From Psammoneis japonica (lineage: Eukaryota): a stretch of 64,000 nt of DNA. The notes under the pieces are model-generated. The model ran no database searches. It saw nothing but the letters and a program-made list of their open reading frames with translations, and was not told the origin of the DNA. Positions 52,870 to 64,000 of the stretch are shown here, one piece after another (within the stretch, counting starts at the first letter, position 1; each line of letters starts with the position of its first letter). The position numbers and the translations under genes are program-made. The DNA lies in NCBI GenBank assembly GCA_008632985.1, contig QPGO01000015.1, forward strand, positions 559,998-623,997, given 5' to 3'.

Positions 52870-55260
52870 GGATGCATGGCAGACTGCTGCACCCATCATC
52901 AACTCCTGCCATGACTCTGAGGACTTGCTGGATTCACCAGATGGGGAGGAGATTGGGATGCCCAAGATGCCAGTCTTCAACCCCAAGGACATCATTGGAT
53001 GCACCTTCCTCATGAAGCCACAAGAGGATGGACAGTGCCACAGAGCCAGCATTGTCAAGGCCATTGAGGACCAGCATGATTGGGAAATTGGTGACAACCT
53101 GGAACTCATCAAGTTCATTTGTTCAGTTGACAATGATGAACACAAGGAAATCCTTGCCTGCAGTGACATCATCCATCACATGGAGCAAGAAGACAAGGAC
53201 GCCTTTGTTCAGAAATTCTGATGCAGCATTGTCTCACATGAAAGACCATTGAGACCTCACGATCCCTCTTGGAAAGACTCAAGCCACAATGTCATGCTTG
53301 AGTGGGAGAGCAGGGAGATTGCATCTGAACCTCTTGGCATCATTGTCAAGGATGACCCTGTCACTTGTGCCATCTGCGCATGCAAGCACAGTCTGCTCAA
53401 AACCAACAGATAAAAATGCTTCCTTGCCACAGCTCTGTTTCAGAAGAAGCTGTTTGCATGGTCAATCAAGCCAAGCTGCACTTGTTTCATGCTGTGCCAC
53501 ACTGCAAGTGTGGGCATGAAAGTGCCCCAGGACTGCAAGCATGCTTTGGCCCTTGACAAGTGGTGCAATGGCAACTGCAAGTGGGGAGATGCAGTGGATC
53601 TTGAGATGTCTCAGCTTGGTGAGCACAAGGTCTTCCATGATTGTGGACACTGCAAGGACTCCAGCACCCCAGCAGGACACAAGAAGAGATTCAGGTGCAC
53701 CTCGTCTGTGATGTCAAACATGATGGCGGGCACAAAGCATGACTTGTTGCTGATGGACACCTCATGGACATGCCCATCAACAGTGTCTGCTCTGGAGCAG
53801 TGTCCCCCTTGGCCTCTGACTGATGATCTTCCTGGCCAAACTCAATGAGCTAGAGACATGGGCGACCAGCATGGGCAATGCCCACCTTGAAGCCACAACA
53901 AAGGAGAAACTGCTGCACATTGTTGCAGGCCCTGAATTTGGAGAATTGGAAGGACACATCCTTGTCATCCACAAGGCTCTGTGTGGCCTCTGCAGCTCCA
54001 GCCTCAGGTGGCATGGGCATTTTGCTGATTGTCTGTGAGCTGAAGGATTCTTCTTGTGCCATGCTGAACCCAACATCTGGTTGCACCAGAATGGCAACCA
54101 TTGTGAACATGTGGCAGTGTGTGGATGACCTGTCCTTCACCATGAAAGATTCTCAGGCCTTCAGTGACACTCTCACAGAGAAGTGCAAGTTCAAACTCAA
54201 AGGCACTGGACCACTGCAATTTCACCTGTCACAACTTCTCTCATGACTCCAATGGCACACTGTGCCTTGCTCCTTGCAAGTGCATTGAACGCATGGTCGA
54301 AAATTGCACACGCCTCTTTGGGGAGAAGCCTTGTGCTGGTGTGCCATCCCCTCTTGAAAAGGAAGACCACCATGAGCTTGACACCTCCAAACTGCTCTTC
54401 TTGATGGCATCCATCAATTTCAGTCATTGGTTGGTTCCCTGCATTGGGCTGTGTTGCTCAGTTGCATCAACACCACTGCAGCCATCATGTCTTTCTCTAG
54501 TTTGCACACAGCCTGTGGATGCTTGTCCAAGATGCAATGTGGTGCCCTGTGTGTGCACACTGAGGAACATGACTGTTTGGACCTCCCCAAGCCTGTGCAT
54601 GATTGGGCTCAAACCATGAGTGGTGATGTGGAAGAACTGCTTCCAAAATGCATGCCCGGGCCTCTTGGCAAGTTCGTCACCATGACCCATGGTGTTGATG
54701 CAAGCTTTTCGCTGGATGTTCCATGACAGGTGCATCATTCATTTCCTCAACAAGTTTGCAGCTGATTGGTTCTCCAAGAAACAAGCCACAGTCAAGACTG
54801 CAACTTGTGGATCTGAGTTTGTTGCTGCCAGGATGTCTGTTGAACAGATCATTGATCTGCACATCACATGGCATTGCCTCATCATCCTGATCTGTGACAC
54901 CTCTGTTGCATGTTTGGGGACAACAAGTCAGTTGTGGACAGTGCTGCCATCCCACACTCCAAGTCAACACAAACAACACACTGCCCTCTCATTCCATCAT
55001 GTGCACGAGGCAATGGCCTCTGGTTTCCTCAAGTTCCACTTTGATGAAGGTTCTTCCCGCAACCCCGCTGACATCCTCAGCAAACACTGGGGTTGCTCCC
55101 AGGTTTGGAACCTCTTCCATCCTCTCATGTTTTGGAACTTCAATCCCAAGGCCTTTTTAGCCAATCTGACTTTGAACCCATCTCTGTGGACTCCTCAAAC
55201 AAACTTGGGAGTGACAGGATTTGAACAAGATTTTTGTTTGTCGCGCACAACTGTGTGTGC
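52870..55260 (+). mobile_element. Decayed Ty1/copia (CoDi-like) LTR retrotransposon: post-integrase linker, RT, RNase H and PPT
   Basis: IIGCTFL..PQEDGQ, DDPVTCA, GNAHLEA...AGPEFGELEG...KALCGLCSS, CVDDL (54118), WFSKKQATVKTATCGSEFVAAR and NPADILSKHWG. PPT-like GGGAG followed by TGACAG at about 55207-55217. Confidence 0.92.
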
Positions 55261-55379
55261 TGTGATTTGATTTTAAGGCACTCAACTGACAAGAATGACA
55301 ACAGCAGTGCTGACATCATGACACCAGTCTTTTGGCTCCTGCCATGGTCTCTGCACAGAGACTCATGTGCCATTTGGAC

Positions 55380-55700
55380 AGCAGCAAGGAGTCATTGTTT
55401 TTCTTCCACCCATTTTCTCTTAAATTTCTGTCAGAGCATGAGCTCCAGGGACAAAGTGTTGCTGAAGGACTGGCAAAGTTCTTGCTTGTGCGCAGGCTTC
55501 TTGAGGGCAATGCTCTGACAACATTGAAGAACACTGCTGATTGCCAAGCCACCAAAGCCAATGTCACCTTCAAAGCCTGCACAGAGAAAATGATGCAAAG
55601 CTTCTTCCCATGCAGGTTGGTGCTGCTGCAGAGGCATTGTCTGCCATGGTGCTTCGCACACAAGCCCGCTGATGTCAAGACTCATGAGAGTGTGCTGCAG
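55380..55700 (+). mobile_element. Decayed gag-like fragment (probably Ty3/gypsy-type)
   Basis: KFLLVRRLLEGNALTT...FKAC...FFP..LVLLQRHCL...KPADVK resembles diatom LTR gag sequences (recalled pattern, not searched). Confidence 0.5.
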
Positions 55701-56250
55701 ATGCGTTCCAGCCTGGGTGGGACTGCATGTGACATTGGGCCCACAGAATTCACGCGCAAGCTCTGCCACAAAAGCATTGGGTGATGCGTGCACCAACAAT
55801 TGCCAGTGTGGAAAAAGAGGCAATTTTGCAAATGTGCAAGCTCCTCCATGCTTGGAGGGCACAATCTCCAGTTTGCCCGGGTGTGTTGTCCAGACATTGG
55901 AAAATGCCCAGCTGATTTTCACTTGTGTGCAAAGAATGGTCACAAGCATCTCAAGCCTTGTCTTGAGCAATGACATCATTTCATGCCATTTGTCATGTCG
56001 TGCAAGATGATCCACTTAGCAAAAAAGCCAGCCCTGCCAAGACCATGCTCTGCATGATTGCTGCAAAGCCCATGGACAAGTGGCAAATGCCCTGTTCAGA
56101 AGTTTGCAGCTTTGTGAATGTGATGATGAGTGTCACTGCAGTCAGAGCTGCTCATCAATGCATCAGGGGCTCATGCTCCATCTTCACAAATTAGCTCCAG
56201 GTGCCCTCAGTGGGAAGATGGTGCTGGTTTGTCACTCCACAGGCACTGAG
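55700..56250 (+). mobile_element. Second 3' fragment of a CRE-like non-LTR element
   Basis: KWQMPCSEVCSFVNVMMSVTAVRAAHQCIRGS parallels the C-terminus at about 50600-50670. Confidence 0.7.
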
Positions 56251-56803
56251 AAGTGCCATGCAATCTGGATGTCACACACTGGGACAAAGTGCTGAGGCCA
56301 TTTTGCAAGATGCTGTGGACATCTTGTTGTGCGCATGACACAAAAAGCACACAAAAAACACAGCTTCCTCATGTGCAAAACCCAGCTTTCTCCTGTGCAA
56401 GCACCTTGTACATTTTGTTTGGTTTTTGTTGTAGAAACTGTGCCAGCTCTGTGCATGCACATCAGCTGCATGCTTCAGTGCCAATCACAACTTTGATCGC
56501 CAACTGCCAACCGCCAACTTGAGATTGCGCCAACACAAAAAATGACCACAACCATGAAAATCCAAAAAGCAGTCCTGCTCCGAGTGATGCTCAAAGCAGG
56601 ACATTGAGTGCCACACCTGTTCCCAGCTTGGAGACCATTGCTCTAGCATCAATGATTTTGCAGTTGCCGAGTGCAAGTCCAGCTCTGAGGAGCACACCAA
56701 CTCACCCAACAAGACCACTGAGTTGCAATCCTGCACTGAGTGACAAGTCCAGCACACAACTCCAAGCAACAGCCCAGCGCCAAGCTCGAGTCCATGTGCA
56801 GCT

Positions 56804-58325
56804 CCATCACAGCTAAACAACTGCACACTCAATGCAAGCACATTCACAAAATGTGAGCATGAAAAACAGAAGCGTTGCAAAGGCTGACTCATGTTTCTCT
56901 CCTGTTGTTACATTCAAAGTTTGGAATGGACCCTGTCACCCAATCCTGCCCTTGATCTGATGCTGCAGCAACTGTGGAGCCCAACTCACTCCCTGCATCC
57001 AATCCTGCACTAACTCTGAATTGGGCTGGCCCACCTGCTCTGCCTGCTTCCAACCCAAGTCCACAGCCAAATCCTCCTTCTGTGCCAAATCTGATGCCCG
57101 ATCCAAATGCACTGTTGACATTTACAATGCCAAATTTGACAACCAATGCTCCAAGTGGCCTTGCTGATGGATGAAGAAAATGAATGGGAAGAGGACAGTT
57201 GAGGGAATGCCTGCACTTGGATGTGGCTGTCTTCTAGATTTCAATCCCTTGAGTTGGTTGAACCTTGATTCTCTCTTGTCCCAGACAGCTTTGCTCAAAC
57301 AGACAAGGGTCCATTTGTTGGATCCAGCAAGGGAGCACCAACCCCGCACATTTCAACCCAGCATCATTGCCTGCTCTGAATCGGACTTGCCCACCTGCTC
57401 CGCCTCCGTTGCTTCCTCTTGCTTCCCACTTCCTGCTTCCTGCTGCTACTCCCACACCAAATCTGACACTTGATCTGACTCCACTGCCAACATCAGCAAA
57501 TGCTGGCACCAAATCTGATGACCAGTCCTGCACCTGGTCCCACCCCAGCACCATCCCCGCAGCCCATGTCCATCACAGCTAAATGGCTGCACACTCAATG
57601 CAAGCACATTCACAAAATGTGAGCATGAAAAAGAGAAGCGTTGCAAAGGCTGACTCGTGTTTCTCTCCTGTTGTCACATTCAACGTTTGGAATGGACCCC
57701 GTCACCTGATCCCACCCCCGATCTGACGCTGCAGTAACTGCTGAGCCCAACGGACTCCCTGCATCCAATCCCACACTAACTCTGAATTGGGCTACCCACC
57801 TGCTCCACCCACTTCCGACCCAAGTCCGCAGCCTGATCCTCCTCCACCCCAAATCTGACACCCGATCCGAATGCACCGTTGACATTTACAGTGCCAAATT
57901 CGACAACCAATGCTCCAAGTGGTCTTGCGAATGGATGAAAATGAATGGGAAGAGGATAGTCAAGGGAATGCCTGCACTTGGATGCAGCTGTCTTCTAGAT
58001 TTCAATCCCTTGGGTTGGCTGAACCTTGATTCTCTCTCGTCCCAGACAGCTTCGCTCAAACAGACAAGGGTCCATTTGTTGGATCTAGCAAGGGAGCACC
58101 AACCCCGACACATTTCAACCGGCATCATTGCCTGCTCTGAATCAGTCTTGCCCACCTGCTCCGCCTCCGTTGCTTCCTTTTGCTTCCCACTTCCTACTTC
58201 CCACTGCTGCTCCCACACCAAATCCGACACTTGATCCGACTCTACTGCCAACATCGGCAAATGCTGGCACAAAATCCGATGACCAGTCCTGCGCCTGGTC
58301 CACCCCAGCACTGTCCCCGCAGCCT
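56804..58325. repeat. Tandem duplication, unit about 766 bp (56804-57569 and 57570-58325)
   Basis: ccatcacagctaaa...ctgcacactcaatgcaagcacattcacaaaatgtgagcatg begins both copies, which align throughout. Confidence 0.95.
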
Positions 58326-58679
58326 TTGTAATTTCTGTCTTTCACACCAATTGAACTCTACCTCTGGCTCCACCTGCTCCTCCGGCAAGTGCTTCATCAA
58401 GCAGTCCTGCTCCGAGTGCTCCAAGCAGATCAACCGAGTGCAAGAAGCCCTGCCACTGTCTCATTTTTTCCAGATGCACTCTTCCTACACCACCACTGTC
58501 ACCTCCTCCTGCCCTCAATCTAATGGTGAAGCCAAGTTGCACCCAATCCCACTGCATCAAACTCGACGAACTCCATGTTGTGAGACCCTGCAGGTGGAGG
58601 GATGAGGGACATCATCTCATTTCTTGTTGGCAATCTAGCTTGCCATTGTGAGTGTGAGTTTTGTGACTGACATGATAAT

Positions 58680-59814
58680 GCTGCTATGACATCTCTGCCG
58701 TGCTCTGCCTCACCTCATAATCCGGTGTTATTTTGCTCGGAAGGGTTTATGCGGATTTCGAGCGACGGAGTGGGGACCATGATCGAAGTAGGTAGTCTTG
58801 GCTGCGAATGGCAACCATAATGACACGGAATGCATCAATCTCCTTACGCGCCGAATACGAAGAATTCAAATTCTTCGGCATACCGGCAGCATACCGGTGG
58901 CTCTTTTTTGGAGACTCGAATGTATCACACATTGGCGGGCATTCCTTTGTCTCCAACCGTATTGAGCGAGTCAGTCGAAAGCTGAGTGTTGTAGAAGTAA
59001 GCTATGTACTGCGTACCGGTACCTGAAATGCCGGTGGCTCCTTTCTGGAGACTCGACAATGTCTCATACATTTGAGGGCAGTCCTTTGTCTCCAACCGTA
59101 TTGAGTCAGTTGAAAGCTGAGTGCTGTAAGCTACTGCGTACCGGCACCTGCAATACAGATTCCGTCTTTCTTTTCGAAAGAACTTCGCAATGGAACAAAC
59201 CCAACTTTTCTGCTGGGGAAGGACCAGTCGCTTGAGACTTACATCATTTATTCTGTCAAGATTGTTCTGGATGCAACTCGCGTTTGCTTCTGTGTACTTG
59301 TGATGATAGAGGGGGCGGCTACGCCAGTGTGGAGTTTGCCCGGGATGTGGAACTCCAGTCGGTGCAGTATGGCACAACACAAGAGAACTGGGCCTCCCAT
59401 CTTGCCAACGAATGGAACTCAAATCCCGAACAACATCGGCCGATCTGTGTACTACAAGCCGGGATTCACGACGCCGCAATCCCAAATATTACGAATGAAG
59501 TCTACTTGGCGAATGTTGAGTGGTATTTACAGATGATGCATTCACAATGTGAACATATAGTCTGGCTCGGTAATACAAGCCCTCAAACAGATGCGAGGCC
59601 TCAGAAGAAGAACCGGACACAGGAATGGAATCATGCCATACGCGACAAGATACTTGCCAAACAGTTTCGAGATAGCAGTTCTTTTGTTGATGTCCATGCT
59701 GCTTCCACCGGCTTTCACATGGCGGATAATATTCACATGGCTGCACCATGGTACAAAAACTTGGGTACAACTTTTCTCAAAGTCATGAAGTCTTCTCACT
59801 ATGACATTGAGTAA
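58680..59814 (+). pseudogene. SGNH-fold (PC-esterase/TBL-like) gene, copy 2; 5' half disrupted, 3' ORF intact
   Basis: Near-identical to 27150-27940 in its 3' part. The 5' part has indels and a local duplication of the WLFFGDS segment (about 58893-59026 and 59030-59150). Confidence 0.65.
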
Positions 59815-59945
59815 AAAGGATCAACATGTTGTGGGATTGGTTTGAAATCATTCATGTTGTTTACCTATGTATTGACAATACTATTGTAACTTTCAATGCT
59901 GTTACTCTGTGTCTAGCTCCACAGCGGGAAATACTCGTTGTCAGC

Positions 59946-62900
59946 CTAACTAGTCTCCCTCCCAAAAAGTATCTTAAAGTCATCAAGCGTAGGTTGTTGA
60001 GAATTCTCGAGCTCGTCCGCTTCCTGCCTGACGTCACTTAAAATGTCACTAGCCATGGATTTCTTCCTCTTTTGAAGGGCCACTATTCGTTCTTCTACGC
60101 TATCGGAAACAACAAACTTTCTCACTCGTACAACTTCAGCTGTCTGACCAATCCGATGAACGCGATTGACACATTGGTCCTCGACGGCTGTAGGGATTGG
60201 TCAAGAAAAGGGGTCCAGTGTTAGCAAATCTTAAAAGCACCTATTTCGACAACAATGGGAACAAAACAATAATCACATACCTTCATTCCACCACGGATCT
60301 ATGATGAAGACTGACGAAGCGGCGACTAAGTTCAGACCCACGCCCCCAGCTTTCATCGAAACTAGGAGAACGGAACCGATGTTCGACGAAGACTTGCCGT
60401 CCCGCGAATGCGGATTGGAAATGGTATTGAACTCCTCCAGGGCTGCAATGCGCTGCTTAAGATTCATCTTCCCGTCTAAGCGGTTGAATGGGATGTTGTT
60501 CTTCTGCAGTGATGCTTCCAGCAGATTCAAAAATCCGAGAAACTGAGAGAATATGATCACCTTTGATCTGTGGTCACCTCTCCAAATGGCGTGAAGCTCG
60601 TTAATGACCGCGTTCAATTTGGAGCTTTCAGCACCACGAAGTGCATCTTCAAGAGCTTGTCGGGCGCCACCGTTGGCCGGTGCACGTGCTTCCGTCTTGA
60701 CCTGCAAAATACTAGGGTTGGAATTATCCGAGATTAGGTATGTCGTCGTTGTGCGTCCATCGTGAGATGACTTGGACATTGCAACTATTCTGGATGCTCT
60801 GATTGAGCTATTGCAACAAGGGCATTCTCCGTCAGGACAGGAAACCATGATAGCAGCCTTCCGCGTGTCGCTCGTAGTTGGTCGCTCAGTTGGAGATGAT
60901 CGATTACGCAGGACACCCACGAGGCAATCTCTGCAAAAGATATGGGCGCAGGGTGTGATGACTGCATCATTAATCAATGGTCTATCCAGGCAAATCGGAC
61001 ATTCTTCTTCGACGGTGTCTGCGTTCGAGTGAATCGTTTTGCTCAACGCATGGGCCACCTTTGACGTGTAGGCTGACGAAGTACAGTTTTCCTTGTCTCT
61101 TGAAGGATCCGTTGTCTTATTGGCTGACTGTGTCGTATGAAATTTCTCCAACAGACTCTCGAGGAACTTTGGTAGTGATATTAGAACGAACGGCAGCAGA
61201 ATTCGTGTAAGGACATATCGCGAGCTCTCTACACTTCATGACAACTCACGAAGGCGCAACACAACGTACCTCGCCATTAACTGCGTCGACAGTTGGTTTC
61301 GCAGCGGCATCGGGAGACCTACTGGATGACTTTGCAACCGAACTGCCCGGTGGTTGCGAGAATTCTGATTGATCGATTTGTGGTTTCACAGTAAGCGCAA
61401 CATGATCGCACGCCTGTCTTAAACGTTGGAGTAAAGAGAAAATGGCAAACCACGACTTGGTCGCGGTCCCTGATTTGACAAAACCTTCAAACACAGATTG
61501 GGACTTCTCGAGAAGGGAGTTGTAGAAATCTCTTTCAGCCGAAGACAGTGTTACCACCACCGTTTTTGAGTCTACAGGAGGAAGCGTTAATATTGGCTTG
61601 CTTCAGTATCGATCAATAATTACATCATATAGGTTAGATGTACACCACAAGCGTTGCACCTGCGGCTCAGAACAATTACACTCACCCGTCCTTGTTTAAT
61701 GTATCCTTCGTGCGCCTTAGAATGATTGGCGCGAGGAGTCGTCTCACACGATCAACTGCGATCTTCAGGCCAGCACTGCGTTCCGGTTGGATCACGCTGG
61801 TCTCGTGGGACGAAGCATCGCGGCCTGCTTCGGGTTGTGGCTCCAGTTCCTTCGCCATACTACTGATGGCTGCTTTCCAGAATCCCCCTTCACACCAGGG
61901 CTCATGCCTCAGGAATTTAAGTAGTCCGTACACATCTTGAAGTGAGTTCTGGATTGGGGTGCCCGTCACACACCATCTCTTCGTGGCATTCAGAGCACAA
62001 CATGCTTTAGAAACCAATGTGTTTGGGTTTTTGATGCAATGTGCCTCGTCCAGGATAACTGGTGAAACAACAACAACAAAAAAGATTGAGCTCAGAAAGC
62101 CTTCTTCCTCGTGAAAGCAAGCATTTTCTTGGTTGCTACAAACCTCTGTTCCATGTATGCAAAAGAAGGCCCTGTCGTGTCGACTTTCCATTTCCCCCTT
62201 TTCTGGAAGCGAGCTCACCCTGTACCATTCCGTCTTGAGATGGAAACATTCATTGAGTACAAGCATGCACTACAGATAGAACGAACAAAAGTAGTCAACA
62301 ACACTTACAGGTCGTTACGACAACGTCGACACCAGAAGGGATTCCATTGCAAACACTGTCGCCGTAGTGGACACAATGTGATAAGGTGGTCTTTGTTGCT
62401 AGCTCTTCCTCCCATTGAGCTACCAAAGACAAAGGAGCAACCACCAGGGTTGCACCTTGTTCTGGAGAGGCATCGCTCTCTTCCACTTGACAGCCTCCGT
62501 TGGTGTCGTCGGAGTTTGTTGCGACAGCCGCAAATTCCTTGGATTTCAAAATCAACGACATCAACATCACCGTTTTACCCAGCCCCATGGAATCCGAGAG
62601 AATTCCTCCAACGCATTGCTTCGGAGGATTTGGTGCACTGCCTGACGCAACCCCAAGAAGTTCATTAACCTAGTCGTCGGAAACGCAAAATCAATCATTG
62701 AGTCGATAAGTGTGACGAAGGCCATGACAAGGTTGAGCAATAAAAACTTACATAGAACGAGATTGCATCACGCATGCCCTCCTTAGCAAGGAAGCGCCGT
62801 CGCCATAAAGGGTGATTCACGGGATCGGGTTGTCCAGCAACGGTCGTGGATCGTCGGGCGGAAGATTCGGATACAAGAACTGGTCCACACTCGCACGCAA

Positions 62901-64000
62901 TACCATCCGCAATCGTATGGCTTGGAAGGCTTGGAGACCGCTTCAGAGACTTACTGGCTAATTCGGAGAGGAGTTCCAGCTCATTCTCAAGTTCTTCTCG
63001 ATTCTCTTTGTCGCTCTCGCGTTGCATCATCCAATGGAGAGCCTGTTTCTGGTATGGCCTTAGTACGACACCGTTCTTCAACCCGACTGGGTCTGATGCC
63101 TCAGGCAATAACGAAGGAGAGTCGTTACTGCCTGAAAGAGACGGATCGACAACTTTTCGAGCCCATTCTGGTACCGGTGGCTCATCTTCTTTGCTTCCAG
63201 CAGCAGCTTCCTTGTCAAACTGATCCTCCTCGAGGACTGCATCTTCATCGCTATCCTCTGTATCCTCGACCCCTTTTGAGCCAATAGAGTCAGACTCATT
63301 TTCCGATTTTTTGGGAGGTTCAAAGTGAGGCACGTCACCATACTCTGCCCACTGAAGGAGCCCAAAGGCAGCTTCAGCAATAGGAAGCCTCAACTGGCTC
63401 CTTCTTTTCCCCTTGGACGCTTTCGAGGAATTGAAGAAGAGGTCAGCCGAGCTTGAATTGTGACTGCAAGTTTCAGATTCAAAAAGTCCGAAGAATGCCT
63501 CGGGGTCTTCAATGAATATACTCAAAGAGATAGGCACCTCGCCACCAATTGGGACACCCCGGTCTTCCATTAGAGCTTCGCATTTCATCGAGACAAGTGT
63601 GAGTTCAAACCGAAGAAGCGGGGACAGCATCGCGCAGAGATTCGTAGGAAGTGTTCCCTCAATGCTCCGCCCCCTGAAACGAACCATTGGAGGTCCAGAA
63701 GTTGAGCTCGTAAGCGAGAGTGCCTCCTTGTGGTTGACTCCGCCGTGTTTAGATGTGCTCAGTCCAACCAGCCACCGCTGACACAACAGCAAATGTTGTC
63801 CTTGCCCTCCATCATCTAGAATAATTGTATCAGAGTTCTTGGACGCTTCTCTATCAGCCGACGAGGAAGGAATCGTGCGTTTCTTCTTGGCGGCGGGCAC
63901 TGAGGTTGTTGGCACTGACGACGCAGATGCCGCAGCAGCTGATGATGATGAAGACGAATTTGCGGAGGAGAAGAAGTTGTTCTTGATTCCGTTTTTTGGC
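59946..64000 (-). CDS. RAD5: RAD5/HLTF-like SNF2 helicase with RING finger (and probable HIRAN), multi-exon, 5' end beyond window
   Basis: LRPYQKQALHWM, GGILSDSMGLGKT, TLVVAPLSLVAQW, VILDEAHCIKN, TGTPIQN, LRQACDH, C3HC4 RING (CPIC...CAHIFCRDC), FSQF, AGGVGLNL, DPWWN and QCVNRVHRIGQ. Stop at 59946. Confidence 0.92.

Noticed and set aside
40330..58300. Classical fungal RIP or an alternative genetic code as the explanation
   Set aside because: RIP increases TpA and AT content, whereas TpA is lost here. Neighbouring genes use the standard code, and the TE frames are also broken by indels.
1..64000. CRISPR arrays, rRNA or tRNA genes, prokaryotic operons
   Set aside because: No repeat-spacer arrays or recognisable structural RNA genes were seen; the genes contain spliceosomal introns.

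Overview
Eukaryotic, intron-containing nuclear DNA. Gene content, an ASAF-type plastid presequence and CoDi-like retroelements suggest a diatom or other stramenopile. A compact gene-rich segment (about 3.3-28 kb) encodes TatB-like, SWR1-type remodeller, RING-H2, DHHC, Hsc20, plastid NAD(P)-binding, inositol-type MFS, malate synthase, Nnf1-like, BTB and SGNH proteins. A mosaic protein-kinase locus lies at about 31.6-39.4 kb and a RAD5-like helicase at 60-64 kb (runs off the window). Three blocks of decayed transposon DNA (about 1-3.05, 28.2-30.95 and 40.3-58.3 kb) have lost almost all TpA and most CpG dinucleotides. Retroelement motifs and pairs of tandem copies point to directional CpG->TpG/CpA and TpA->TpG/CpA changes (inferred YADD->HTDN, YVDD->CVDD, ALYGLR->ALCGLC). 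This suggests a transposon-targeted dual-dinucleotide hypermutation process with a different spectrum from fungal RIP, and is the main finding. Several genes carry single-base frameshifts that may be assembly errors. All calls are by eye from motifs; no searches or counts were computed.
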